Of a DNA stretch of 64,000 bases, positions 26,801 to 37,522 are shown in pieces (the stretch's first letter is position 1; each line of letters begins with the position of its first letter). The notes under the pieces were generated by a model. That model saw only the letters and a program-made list of their open reading frames with translations, made no database searches and was not told the origin of the DNA. Position numbers and translations under genes: made by a program. Source of the DNA: Prevotella sp. (GTDB lineage Bacteria > Bacteroidota > Bacteroidia > Bacteroidales > Bacteroidaceae); contig JBJEAU010000037.1 in assembly GCA_051869355.1 (NCBI GenBank), positions 247 through 64,246 on the forward strand, read 5' to 3'.

Positions 26801-28213
26801 ATGATGAACAAACGTTGCATCGTATGGATGGTCTTCTTGTGGGCATCTATGGGTGCATTGGCGCAGTCTACCGCGCGTCAATTTGAAGTGAAAGTGAGCG
26901 ATGATGGTGAGGCTACACTCACCTGTTTTCTCCCTGCTGCCGACAAGGCCACGGGTCGTGCCGTCGTAGTGTGTCCCGGTGGTGCCTATTGGATTCTTGC
27001 CATGCAGCACGAGGGTACCGACTGGGCTGAGTATTTCAATGCACAAGGTATTGCCTGCTGTGTGCTGAAGTATCGGCTGCCCAAAGGCGACCGCAGCAAG
27101 CCCATCGGCGATGCCATGAACGCGATGAAGATGGTGCGTGACAGTGCTGCCGCTTGGCATGTCAATCCTCACGATGTCGGCATCATGGGTTCTTCGGCTG
27201 GCGGACACCTTGCTGCCACCATTTCCACACAGGCTGACGTGGCCCATCGCCCCGATTTCTCCATTCTTTTCTATCCTGTCATCTCTATGGATGGTGCCAA
27301 GGGGCATATCGGATCGATGAACAACCTGCTCGGAAAGGAGCGCAACAATGCCCAACTTCGTCGCCAGTACAGTTGTGAGCGGCGAGTGCGCCGTCATGCC
27401 ACACCGCCTGCCATCCTGTTGTTGTCTAACGACGATTTGTCGGTGCCTCCTGTGACCAATGCCATTGCTTATTACTCGGCCATGCGCGGCAAGGGCAACC
27501 TCTGTGCACTCTACGTTTATCCTACAGGAGGCCACGGATGGGGATTCAAGCAAGACTTTAAGTATCATAACGAGATGCTTGGCAATCTGACATCTTGGTT
27601 GAACCAGCTTCCAAGTCCCGATCCCGATGCCATTCGTGTGGCTTGCATCGGCAACAGCATCACCGATGGAGCCGGTATCGACATGGCAGAGGCCAGAGGT
27701 TATCCCGCCCAGCTCCAAGCGTTGTTGGGCAACGACTATCTGGTGAAGAACTATGGTTTCAGTGCCCGCACCATGCTCAACAAGGGTGACCATCCTTATA
27801 TGAAAGAGGGACTTTGGAAAGAGGCGCTCGACTTCAATCCCAATATTGCAGTCATCAAACTGGGTACCAATGACTCTAAGGCCATCAACTGGAAGTATGG
27901 AGAGGAGTTCAAGGCAGACATGCAGCAGATGATCGATTCGCTGAAAGCGCTCCCCTCCAAGCCCAAAATCTATCTGGCTTATCCTATTGTGGCCGGGTGT
28001 GAGGTCAATAAGGAGACCGATATCAACGGAGAGGTGATAGAGAAGGAAATCATTCCTATCATCCAGAAGTTGGCTAAGAAAAACAAATGCACGATCATAG
28101 ACATGCGCGAGGCACTCAACCAAAAAGAACTGATGCTTGCTGACCGCGTACATCCCAATGCCAAGGGTGCTGCCGCGATGGCCAAGGAGGTGGCCAAGGC
28201 CATCAAGCCGTGA
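26801..28213 (+). CDS. Exported bifunctional esterase: alpha/beta-hydrolase plus SGNH/GDSL domain
   Basis: Signal peptide; CPGGAY, GSSAGG and GGHGWG in the first domain; IGNSIT, LGTND and DRVHPN in the second. Confidence 0.85.
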   Translation: MMNKRCIVWMVFLWASMGALAQSTARQFEVKVSDDGEATLTCFLPAADKATGRAVVVCPGGAYWILAMQHEGTDWAEYFNAQGIACCVLKYRLPKGDRSKPIGDAMNAMKMVRDSAAAWHVNPHDVGIMGSSAGGHLAATISTQADVAHRPDFSILFYPVISMDGAKGHIGSMNNLLGKERNNAQLRRQYSCERRVRRHATPPAILLLSNDDLSVPPVTNAIAYYSAMRGKGNLCALYVYPTGGHGWGFKQDFKYHNEMLGNLTSWLNQLPSPDPDAIRVACIGNSITDGAGIDMAEARGYPAQLQALLGNDYLVKNYGFSARTMLNKGDHPYMKEGLWKEALDFNPNIAVIKLGTNDSKAINWKYGEEFKADMQQMIDSLKALPSKPKIYLAYPIVAGCEVNKETDINGEVIEKEIIPIIQKLAKKNKCTIIDMREALNQKELMLADRVHPNAKGAAAMAKEVAKAIKP

Positions 28214-28273
28214 CAAGGCAGTCTGTAAGTCCGGCATGTAATCGCCGGAGATGGATATGACATATCCAAAACC

Positions 28274-28333
28274 TAAACGTGGCATTTAGACCGGCTAAAT
28301 GCCACGTTTAGCCTTCCTAAATGCCATGTTTGG
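28274..28333. repeat. Mini-array 3 of the CTAAA-N7-TTTAG repeat (3 units)
   Basis: TAAACGTGGCATTTAG / TAAATGCCACGTTTAG / TAAATGCCATGTTTGG, 22-bp period. Confidence 0.88.
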
Positions 28334-28364
28334 CTTTTTCATCAGGTACGACTATGTTTGAGAC

Positions 28365-28402
28365 TGCCATTTTTGTCAGCCCTATGACTGACAAAGATGG
28401 CA
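28365..28402. promoter_or_regulatory. 15-bp inverted repeat upstream of groES (candidate regulator binding site)
   Basis: TGCCATTTTTGTCAG-N8-CTGACAAAGATGGCA, one mismatch between arms. Confidence 0.6.
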
Positions 28403-28423
28403 CAATTTGTCACTTTTTGCCTT

Positions 28424-28439
28424 TGGCATGGTTTTCGCT
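28424..28439 (+). promoter_or_regulatory. sigma54-type (-24/-12) promoter of groESL
   Basis: TGGCATGGTTTTCGCT = GG-N10-GC, 45 nt upstream of the groES ATG. Confidence 0.65.
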
Positions 28440-28484
28440 GAAAGGTGGGTAAACGATAAACAAAACTATAAAAAGATACGAATT

Positions 28485-28757
28485 ATGAAAATTAAACCAT
28501 TAGCAGACAGAGTGCTGGTACTTCCTGCACCGGCAGAAGAGAAAGTAGGTGGAATCATTATTCCCGATACCGCTAAAGAGAAGCCGCAGAGAGGCAAGGT
28601 AATCGCCGTAGGTCAGGGCACCAAGGACGAGGAGATGATCCTGAAAGAGGGCGACATCGTGCTGTATGGCAAATATGCCGGCACAGAAATAGAGAATGGC
28701 GGCGAGAAGTATCTCATGATGCGTCAGAGCGACGTGTTGGCTATCGCCGAAGACTAA
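28485..28757 (+). CDS. groES: Co-chaperonin GroES
   Basis: [12 protein letters not shown]...[13 protein letters not shown]...GKYAGTE. Confidence 0.97.
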   Translation: MKIKPLADRVLVLPAPAEEKVGGIIIPDTAKEKPQRGKVIAVGQGTKDEEMILKEGDIVLYGKYAGTEIENGGEKYLMMRQSDVLAIAED

Positions 28758-28793
28758 ACATATTAATTATATAAGGTGTAAATATTATTATAA

Positions 28794-30425
<1,632 letters not shown>

Positions 30426-30450
30426 GATAGTAATCAGATGATAGGATAGA

Positions 30451-30487
30451 AAAAGTGGGGCAAGCCGTTTGGGCTTGCCCCACTTTT
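30451..30487. terminator. Bidirectional intrinsic terminator
   Basis: AAAAGTGGGGCAAGCC-loop-GGCTTGCCCCACTTTT between convergent genes. Confidence 0.85.
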
Positions 30488-30529
30488 GGTTAGATGGCGG
30501 TTTTGAGGTCGATGGCCTCAAAAATGTTA

Positions 30530-31615
30530 TTATTCAGCGGTTGGCTGCAAGTGTCTGACAAGGTTGTCGGTTACCCAGCGCCGGATATTGGCACGGGCCA
30601 CATCCGGCTTCATGGCCTCGGTTAGGGGTTGGGTAGTGGGAGTTACGTCGGTCGTGACCTTGAATCCCGCCTCGGCCAGCAGGGCGCGGTCATCTGTAGC
30701 TCCAGCCATCAGCCATACGGGGATGGAAAGTTTCTGCGCCCTCCTAAGTACCCTTTCAGGCAATTTCCCCATGAGTGTCTGGCGGTCGGCGTGTCCCTCT
30801 CCGGTAACCACCATGTCGGCATGGGCGATGAGACGGTCGAAGTGGGTAAGGTCGAGCAGCAGATCGGCACCCGATACCGACTTGGCGTTAAGGTATTGCA
30901 GAAAGGCGTAGCCCAATCCACCCGCCGCACCGGCTCCTGGTTCGGTAGACCTGTCGAAACCGAAGTGCTTGGCCGACAATTCGGCAAACCGTCGTGCCCT
31001 TGCGTCCAATAGCGGTAGCATGGCTTCGGTCGCTCCCTTCTGACGGGCAAAGGTGTAGGCAGCTCCATTCGGTCCGCAGAGTGGGTTGCGCACGTCGCAG
31101 GCCAAGGTAAACTTGCAATTGTGAAGATGGTCCGCCCATACATTATCGATGGTCTGCCCTTTGGCCAGTTTGTCGACAAGGGCTTTCAACATACCGATGC
31201 CGGCGTCGCTGGTGCCACTGCCGCCGAGTCCGATGATAAACCGTCGGCAACCCTTGTGGTAGGCATGCGCCACCAGTTCGCCCACCCCGTAGGTGGTAGC
31301 CACCATCGGGTTGCGAGTCTCGGGCGACTGAAGGGTGAGTCCGCAGGCTTTGGAGGTGTCGATGATGGCCGTACCGTCATCCGCAATGGCGTATGCGGCT
31401 GTGATGTGCCGCATCATCAGGTCGCGCACAGGAGCCTCCACCATCTGTGCGTGCAGGGCAGCGGCAAATGTCTCCAGCATGCCCTCGCCTCCATCCGACA
31501 GGGGTACGGATACTACGTCTATCCCTGCCTCGGTAAGTGTCTGGGCTACTGTGGCCTCTACTTCTGCCGAGGATAGGCAACCCTTGAATGAGTCTATGGC
31601 CAGTAAGCACCGCAT
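30530..31615 (-). CDS. Glycerate kinase (GlxK/GarK family)
   Basis: AIDSFKG, SDGGEG, GLGGSGTSDAG, GAGAAGGLG and VTGEG...QTLMGK. Confidence 0.9.
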   Translation of the reverse strand: MRCLLAIDSFKGCLSSAEVEATVAQTLTEAGIDVVSVPLSDGGEGMLETFAAALHAQMVEAPVRDLMMRHITAAYAIADDGTAIIDTSKACGLTLQSPETRNPMVATTYGVGELVAHAYHKGCRRFIIGLGGSGTSDAGIGMLKALVDKLAKGQTIDNVWADHLHNCKFTLACDVRNPLCGPNGAAYTFARQKGATEAMLPLLDARARRFAELSAKHFGFDRSTEPGAGAAGGLGYAFLQYLNAKSVSGADLLLDLTHFDRLIAHADMVVTGEGHADRQTLMGKLPERVLRRAQKLSIPVWLMAGATDDRALLAEAGFKVTTDVTPTTQPLTEAMKPDVARANIRRWVTDNLVRHLQPTAE

Positions 31616-31617
31616 GG

Positions 31618-31911
31618 TCAACAGCCTTTGCCGTCGAGGCTGCACGAAGCACCTTGGTTAACAGGCGTTAGCGCCACCTTTTCCCAATCGAAGGTTACCT
31701 TTCCCTCTTCCGTCACAAAACACGGGATTCCCACCTTGCCTTTGCCTCGGATATCGGCAAAGGCTGGATGTGTGTCGCGCAACTTTAAAAATTCCTTGAG
31801 ATTTCTTACATGGGCACCGATATCTATCAGGGCAAATCGGTCATCATCTTTGGCTTGCTCCTTGACACGGGTGCAGTCGGGACAAGTCTCCATGACATAT
31901 ACTTTGATCAT
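31618..31911 (-). CDS. Glutaredoxin-related protein
   Basis: CPDC motif, VGIPCF cis-Pro loop and a C-terminal CSLDGKGC. Confidence 0.8.
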   Translation of the reverse strand: MIKVYVMETCPDCTRVKEQAKDDDRFALIDIGAHVRNLKEFLKLRDTHPAFADIRGKGKVGIPCFVTEEGKVTFDWEKVALTPVNQGASCSLDGKGC

Positions 31912-31963
31912 ATTATCAGATGGTTTGATGGTTGTTGAGTAGGTTCCAATCTTGCTTTTTGAA

Positions 31964-33070
31964 CTATTTGCGAGGTAACTCCAACAGGGTCTGCAAGATA
32001 CGTTCAGCGCTTCGGCCGTCCCAACGGTCGGGGATAGCGCAAGGCTTCCATTGGCCAGCCGTCATCTGCGAAACGTAGGTAGCCAATGATTCAGCATCTT
32101 CGCCCACGAGCACATTGCTGCCCACCTTTACCGTTTCGATATGCTCTGTATAACTGTTGAGGGTGATACAGGGTACCGAGTTGAAGGTGGCTTCCTCGAC
32201 CACATTGCCGCTGTCGGTGATGATGCCTTTAGCATGCTGCGACAGATAGCCAAACTCCAGATAGCCCAATGGCTCGACGAGATGCAGATGGGCCGGCAAC
32301 GTAGGCAGCAAGGCCATCACGGTCTCTCTGGCCTTGTCCCGTAGCGGCGCAATGATGGGGGTGGAGCCGGCGGCTGTGACAAGTGCCTGCAACATGCGCT
32401 GCAGATTGTCGGTGTTGGCGATAAGCGCCTTGCGGTTAAGGGTAAACACAAGATAGGCATGGTCGTCAATGCCTAACTGTTCGAGGACAGCAGGGCGCAC
32501 AAAACGGCCTCTGTCAGCGCGGATGTTGTCGATGAGGATGTTGCCCACCATGTACACCTTGGAGAGTTCGGCTCCCTCGCGGTTGGCGATGGAGTTGTTG
32601 CTCATGCCGGCAGTGAAGAGGATATCCGACAGTCCATCGATGACCATACGGTTGACCTCTTTGGGCATGTTGATGTCGAAACTGCGGGTTCCTGCTGCCA
32701 GATGGGCGAGGGCGATTCCCTGTTTCTTGGTGACAATGGCGGCCGCCATCGTAGAGGCCAGGTCGTCTACCACAATGACTACATCGGTGGGATGGCTGTT
32801 CAGGAACTTCTCAAACTCGGCCATGACCATCCCTGTAATCTCGTTCAGGTTTTCGTTGTCCACGCCGAGGAATACGTCGGGTCGTGCGATGTCTAAATCG
32901 GTGAAAAGCGACGGTTCCAGTGTCGGGTCGTCTTCCTTGCCCGTATAGACCAGCAGATAGTCAACCGGTTTGCCGGCTTCCTTGGCCTGTGAGGCCGCAT
33001 GCACGATGGGAGCCACCTTGATGAAATTGGGTCTGGCTCCCGCTACAATACAGATATTCATGTATGTCAT
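31964..33070 (-). CDS. UDP-N-acetylglucosamine 2-epimerase-like protein
   Basis: GARPNFIK, MPKEVNR, ITDSGNVVEEA and WDGRSAERI; several canonical residues are altered. Confidence 0.8.
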   Translation of the reverse strand: MTYMNICIVAGARPNFIKVAPIVHAASQAKEAGKPVDYLLVYTGKEDDPTLEPSLFTDLDIARPDVFLGVDNENLNEITGMVMAEFEKFLNSHPTDVVIVVDDLASTMAAAIVTKKQGIALAHLAAGTRSFDINMPKEVNRMVIDGLSDILFTAGMSNNSIANREGAELSKVYMVGNILIDNIRADRGRFVRPAVLEQLGIDDHAYLVFTLNRKALIANTDNLQRMLQALVTAAGSTPIIAPLRDKARETVMALLPTLPAHLHLVEPLGYLEFGYLSQHAKGIITDSGNVVEEATFNSVPCITLNSYTEHIETVKVGSNVLVGEDAESLATYVSQMTAGQWKPCAIPDRWDGRSAERILQTLLELPRK

Positions 33071-34020
33071 TCTCCTTTGAATAGTTCTTTGATACCGCCG
33101 ATGGAGCCCATCAGATTGGTGGCCTCATAGGGCAGGAATACGGTCTTGGTCTTGTCTCCTTGCGCAACCTCGTTGAGCATCTGGATATACTTCTGGGCCA
33201 GCAGATAGTTGGCCGGATTGGTGCTTTGGCCTACAGCATCGGTGATTTTCTGTATGGCGATGGCTTCGGCCTCGGCCTTGCGGATGCGTGCGGTAGCCTC
33301 ACCTTCGGCCTTGAGTATCGCCTGCTGCTTGTCGGCTTCTGCGCGGTTGATGGTGGCAGCCTTGTCACCCTCCGATTGCAGGATTTGTGCCTGCTTCTGT
33401 CCCTCGCTGGTCAGGATGGTGGCACGCTTGTTGCGCTCAGCCTGCATCTGCTTCTCCATAGCCTGCAACACGCTTGAGGGAGGAGTGATGTCCTGCAGTT
33501 CCACACGATTCACCTTGATACCCCACTTGTTGGTCGCATCGTCCAGCACGCCACGCAACTTGGTGTTGATTGTGTCGCGCGAAGTGAGCGTCTGGTCCAG
33601 TTCCATCTCTCCGATGATATTACGGAGCGTAGTCTGTGTGAGTTTCTCGATGGCGTTGGGCAGGTTGTTGATTTCGTAGACGGCTTTAAACGGGTCTACG
33701 ATCTGAAAATAGAGGAGCGCATTGATCTGCATCTGGATGTTATCCTTGGTGATAACATTCTGCTTGTCAAAGTCGTAAACCTGTTCGCGCAAGTCGATGT
33801 TGTTAGAGTACACATATCGGCCACGGTTGAGCGTCACAATCTCTTTAGCCCTGTCGATGAAAGGGATGATGATGTTGATGCCCGGTTTGAGGGTGGCATA
33901 ATACTTGCCTAATCGCTCAATAATCTTAGTCTCAGACTGTGGGATTATCACCACGGCCATCTTTACAAAGATAATGGCCAGCACCACGAGGGTAATCAAA
34001 ACAAAATAAGTTGTCTCCAT
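33067..34020 (-). CDS. SPFH/stomatin-like (paraslipin) protein
   Basis: N-terminal TM, ERLGKY, QNVITKDN, RVELQDI and QMQAERNKRA coiled coil. Confidence 0.92.
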   Translation of the reverse strand: METTYFVLITLVVLAIIFVKMAVVIIPQSETKIIERLGKYYATLKPGINIIIPFIDRAKEIVTLNRGRYVYSNNIDLREQVYDFDKQNVITKDNIQMQINALLYFQIVDPFKAVYEINNLPNAIEKLTQTTLRNIIGEMELDQTLTSRDTINTKLRGVLDDATNKWGIKVNRVELQDITPPSSVLQAMEKQMQAERNKRATILTSEGQKQAQILQSEGDKAATINRAEADKQQAILKAEGEATARIRKAEAEAIAIQKITDAVGQSTNPANYLLAQKYIQMLNEVAQGDKTKTVFLPYEATNLMGSIGGIKELFKGE

Positions 34021-34100
34021 ATTGCTTGTTTGTTTAAATATTCGATTCTATGAATAGACTGTATATACCGTTTTTCCTTTTAAATGCTTTTTTTCTGTGA

Positions 34101-34127
34101 GGCGGACGCACGAACGTGCGTCCCTAC
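34101..34127 (-). repeat. GTAG-type REP-like hairpin
   Basis: Minus strand GTAG-GGACGCACG-TT-CGTGCGTCC. Confidence 0.55.
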
Positions 34128-34136
34128 ATCTCACCG

Positions 34137-34176
34137 TTTTACCTTTTTACCTTTTTACCTCTTTACTCTTTTACCT
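34137..34176. repeat. 8-bp tandem repeat (TTTTACCT)x5
   Basis: Four exact units and one degenerate unit (CTTTACTC), directly after the NfeD stop codon. Confidence 0.75.
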
Positions 34177-34178
34177 TT

Positions 34179-34625
34179 TTAATTTTTTTTTACCTTTACA
34201 ATAATGCTTTCTCTCCCTGTTACCTCTACGGTTTCACCTTTGGCGATGGCTTCGCCCGTCACAGAAACCGCTTTCCATTCGTCTCCATCTATCTTTACAT
34301 AGCCGGAGCCATCTGGGGTGATGGATTCGATGACCAGACCTTTGCGACCGATAAGTGCATCGGCATTGCTGGGTCGTTCGGCACGGTTGTGGATACGCTT
34401 CAGCAGCGATGGGCGGATGAAGATGATGCTGGCCACCGAACATAGGGCGAACACCAGTACCTGTACCCACAGCGGAAGCCCCACCAGAGTAGCCACCAAG
34501 GCACACAGTGCGCCTATGGCAAAACATGTCACGAAGAAATCGCCCGATCCCAGTTCGATAATCAGGCATAGCACTGCGATGATGGTCCACAGCGTCCACA
34601 GATTGGTCGAGAGATATGTAATCAT
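34179..34625 (-). CDS. NfeD-family membrane protein
   Basis: Three TM segments, then SNADALIG...GYVKIDGDEWKA OB-fold; paired with the SPFH gene. Confidence 0.88.
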   Translation of the reverse strand: MITYLSTNLWTLWTIIAVLCLIIELGSGDFFVTCFAIGALCALVATLVGLPLWVQVLVFALCSVASIIFIRPSLLKRIHNRAERPSNADALIGRKGLVIESITPDGSGYVKIDGDEWKAVSVTGEAIAKGETVEVTGRESIIVKVKKN

Positions 34626-34704
34626 AATCCTATGGGTTTAGATGTTATTTCGATGTAAAGATACGATAAATTCCCTTTCCCACCAAATGTTATCCCACAA
34701 ATTT

Positions 34705-34786
34705 TAGTGATGGCGTTTCTTCACCCTAAATGCGGCATTTACGGGGGCTAAATGCGGCATTTAGGTGAGCTAAATGCCACCTTTAG
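34705..34786. repeat. Mini-array 4 of the CTAAA-N7-TTTAG repeat (3 good units and 1 degenerate)
   Basis: TAGTGATGGCGTTTCT / TAAATGCGGCATTTAC / TAAATGCGGCATTTAG / TAAATGCCACCTTTAG, 22-bp period. Confidence 0.85.
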
Positions 34787-34953
34787 GTTTTTGGGATAGG
34801 CAAAACAGGCCATTCCATCGGTCATCGGATGGTAGGATTCTCATGCCTGTCATCTTTATGACCTGCAACTTTCTTGTGCTTTTTTCCCATTCCATCGCTG
34901 TAAATGTGATATTTTTTTGTTAACTTTGCAATTAGTTACAATATTAATGTATT

Positions 34954-35907
34954 ATGGGTATATTCGGATTATTCAGCAAGAAGAAAAAAGAAACGCTCGA
35001 CCAGGGATTGGAAAAGACAAAACAGAGCGTGTTTGAGAAAATCTCCCGCGCCGTAGCCGGCAAGTCCAAGGTCGACGACGAAGTGTTGGATGATTTGGAA
35101 GAGGTGCTCATCACATCCGATGTGGGCATCGACACGACACTCAAGATCATTGAGCGTATCGAAGCCCGCGTGGCGAGAGACAAATATGTATCCACTTCGG
35201 AACTCAACCGTATGCTCCGCGAGGAGATAGCAGCCCTGTTGGCCGAAAACAATGCCGACGGCAACGAAAATTGGGACTTGCCTGCCGACCATCAACCCTA
35301 TGTGATACTGGTAGTGGGCGTAAACGGCGTGGGCAAGACCACCACCATCGGCAAGTTGGCCTACCAGTTTAAGCAGGCCGGCAAGAAAGTGTATCTGGGA
35401 GCTGCCGATACATTCAGGGCGGCGGCAGTGGAGCAGATTCAGATATGGGGTGACCGCGTGGGGGTACCCGTCATCAAGCAGCAGATGGGTGCAGACCCGG
35501 CTTCGGTGGCGTTTGACACCCTGCAGAGTGCCAAGGCCAATGGGGCTGATGTGGTCCTGATCGATACGGCTGGCCGTCTGCACAACAAGGTGGGACTGAT
35601 GAACGAGCTGAAGAAGATCAAGGAAGTGATGAAAAAAGTGCTTCCCCAGGCACCTGATGAGGTGTTGCTCGTGCTCGACGGCAGTACCGGTCAGAATGCA
35701 TTTGAACAGGCGCGCCAGTTCAGTGCCGTTACCCAGATTACAAGTCTCGCCATCACCAAACTCGACGGCACGGCCAAAGGTGGTGTGGTTATCGGTATCT
35801 CAGACCAGCTCAAGGTGCCTGTCAAATATATTGGTCTGGGCGAGCAGATGGACGATCTGCAACTCTTCGACCGTAAAGAGTTTGTGGATTCATTGTTTAA
35901 ATCGTAA
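34954..35907 (+). CDS. ftsY: SRP receptor FtsY
   Basis: GVNGVGKTTTIGKLA, DTFRAAA, DTAGR and TKLDGTAKGG; TAACTTTG promoter at 34921. Confidence 0.97.
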   Translation: MGIFGLFSKKKKETLDQGLEKTKQSVFEKISRAVAGKSKVDDEVLDDLEEVLITSDVGIDTTLKIIERIEARVARDKYVSTSELNRMLREEIAALLAENNADGNENWDLPADHQPYVILVVGVNGVGKTTTIGKLAYQFKQAGKKVYLGAADTFRAAAVEQIQIWGDRVGVPVIKQQMGADPASVAFDTLQSAKANGADVVLIDTAGRLHNKVGLMNELKKIKEVMKKVLPQAPDEVLLVLDGSTGQNAFEQARQFSAVTQITSLAITKLDGTAKGGVVIGISDQLKVPVKYIGLGEQMDDLQLFDRKEFVDSLFKS

Positions 35908-35925
35908 CTCTTGGGTCATCATTAC

Positions 35926-37236
35926 ATGAAGCGTAACCAGATAGATTTTATCACAATGGGATGCTCCAAGAACCTGGTGGACTCGGAGAAACTCATGAGG
36001 CAGTTTGAGTGCATGGGCTATACCTGTGTGCATGACCCCGAGGAGCCTCAGGGCGAGGTGGCGGTCATCAACACCTGCGGTTTTATCGGCGATGCCAAGG
36101 AGGAGAGTATCAATATGATTCTGGAGTTTGCCCAGCGCAAGCAGGAAGGACTTCTCGACCGCCTCTATGTAATGGGATGCCTGTCGCAGCGATACCAGAA
36201 AGAGCTGGAACAGGAAATCCCCGAGGTGGACAAGTTTTATGGGAAATTCAATTTCAGACAACTCTTAGACGACATAGGTCCCGCCGCCGTATCAGCCGAG
36301 GGTTTCACCCTGTCGCGTACGGGCAGGCATCTCACCACGCCGCATCACTATGCCTATATCAAGATAGCCGAAGGCTGCGACCGCCATTGTGCCTATTGTG
36401 CCATCCCGCTCATCACGGGCAAGCATGTGTCGCGCCCTGAGGATGAAATCGTGCAGGAGGTGACTGAGTTGGTGGCAGAGGGTGTACGTGAGTTTCAGAT
36501 TATCGAGCAGGAACTTACCTATTATGGGGTGGATATTGACGGACAGCGCCATATCGCTGGTCTCGTAGACCGCTTGGCACGCATTGAGGGCGTGGAGTGG
36601 ATAAGGTTGCATTACGCCTATCCCAACCAGTTTCCGATGGAGCTGCTCGATGTCATGACCCGACACGACAACGTATGCAAGTATCTTGACATTGCCTTGC
36701 AGCATATATCAGACCACATGCTGGAGCGGATGCACCGCCATGTCTCCAAGCAAGAGACGCTGGAGCTCATAGCAGCCATTCGCCACCGGGTGCCCGGCAT
36801 CCATTTGCGCACAACGCTCATGGTGGGTTTCCCGGGAGAGACCGAGGAAGACTTTGAGGAACTGCTGCAGTTTGTGCGTGAGGCCCGTTTCGAACGAATG
36901 GGAGCATTTGCCTACTCTGAGGAGGATGGGACTTATAGTGCTGAGCACTATGCGGACGATGTGCCTGACGAGGTGAAACAGCGGAGACTCGAAAAACTGA
37001 TGGCGGTGCAGCAGACCATCAGCGCAGAGGTGGAGGCGCAGAAAGTGGGGCAGGTGCTCAAGGTCGTCATCGATCGCAAGGAGGGCGACTATTACATCGG
37101 CCGCACCGAGTTTTGTTCGCCCGAGGTGGATCCGGAAGTGCTGGTAAGTGCTGACAAGGAACTGAAAGTCGGTGATTTTTACCGGGTTCGTATCACTGGT
37201 GCAGAAGAATTTGACTTATATGCAGATGCAATATGA
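35926..37236 (+). CDS. rimO: Ribosomal protein S12 methylthiotransferase
   Basis: MGCSKNLVDSE, NTCGFI, CDRHCAYC radical-SAM motif, VGFPGETEEDF and a TRAM domain. Confidence 0.95.
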   Translation: MKRNQIDFITMGCSKNLVDSEKLMRQFECMGYTCVHDPEEPQGEVAVINTCGFIGDAKEESINMILEFAQRKQEGLLDRLYVMGCLSQRYQKELEQEIPEVDKFYGKFNFRQLLDDIGPAAVSAEGFTLSRTGRHLTTPHHYAYIKIAEGCDRHCAYCAIPLITGKHVSRPEDEIVQEVTELVAEGVREFQIIEQELTYYGVDIDGQRHIAGLVDRLARIEGVEWIRLHYAYPNQFPMELLDVMTRHDNVCKYLDIALQHISDHMLERMHRHVSKQETLELIAAIRHRVPGIHLRTTLMVGFPGETEEDFEELLQFVREARFERMGAFAYSEEDGTYSAEHYADDVPDEVKQRRLEKLMAVQQTISAEVEAQKVGQVLKVVIDRKEGDYYIGRTEFCSPEVDPEVLVSADKELKVGDFYRVRITGAEEFDLYADAI

Positions 37237-37517
37237 ACAATAAGGAGTTTATAGCCGAATTGGCCCAGCGTACCGGATATACCCAAGCAGACGCGCAAAT
37301 TCTGGTCAATGCCCTCATCGAGGAAATGGGCAACCGTTTCGACGAAGGCGATACGGTCTCCATACCCACGTTTGGTGTGTTTGAGGTGAAAAAACGGTTG
37401 GAGCGCGTGGTGGTCAGTCCGTCTACCGGCAAGCGGATGCTTGTTCCGCCGAAACTGGTGCTGGCTTTCCGTCCTGTTGCCTCTATCAAGGAAAAACTAA
37501 AGAATGGAGGACAGTAG
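37233..37517 (+). CDS. HU/IHF-family DNA-binding protein
   Basis: MNNKEFIAELA...FGVFEV...SPSTGK...LAFRP. Confidence 0.92.
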   Translation: MNNKEFIAELAQRTGYTQADAQILVNALIEEMGNRFDEGDTVSIPTFGVFEVKKRLERVVVSPSTGKRMLVPPKLVLAFRPVASIKEKLKNGGQ

Positions 37518-37522
37518 CGTTT

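Noticed and set aside
26756-28285. 509-aa minus-strand ORF
   Set aside because: Fully antisense to the esterase gene, which has clear catalytic motifs.
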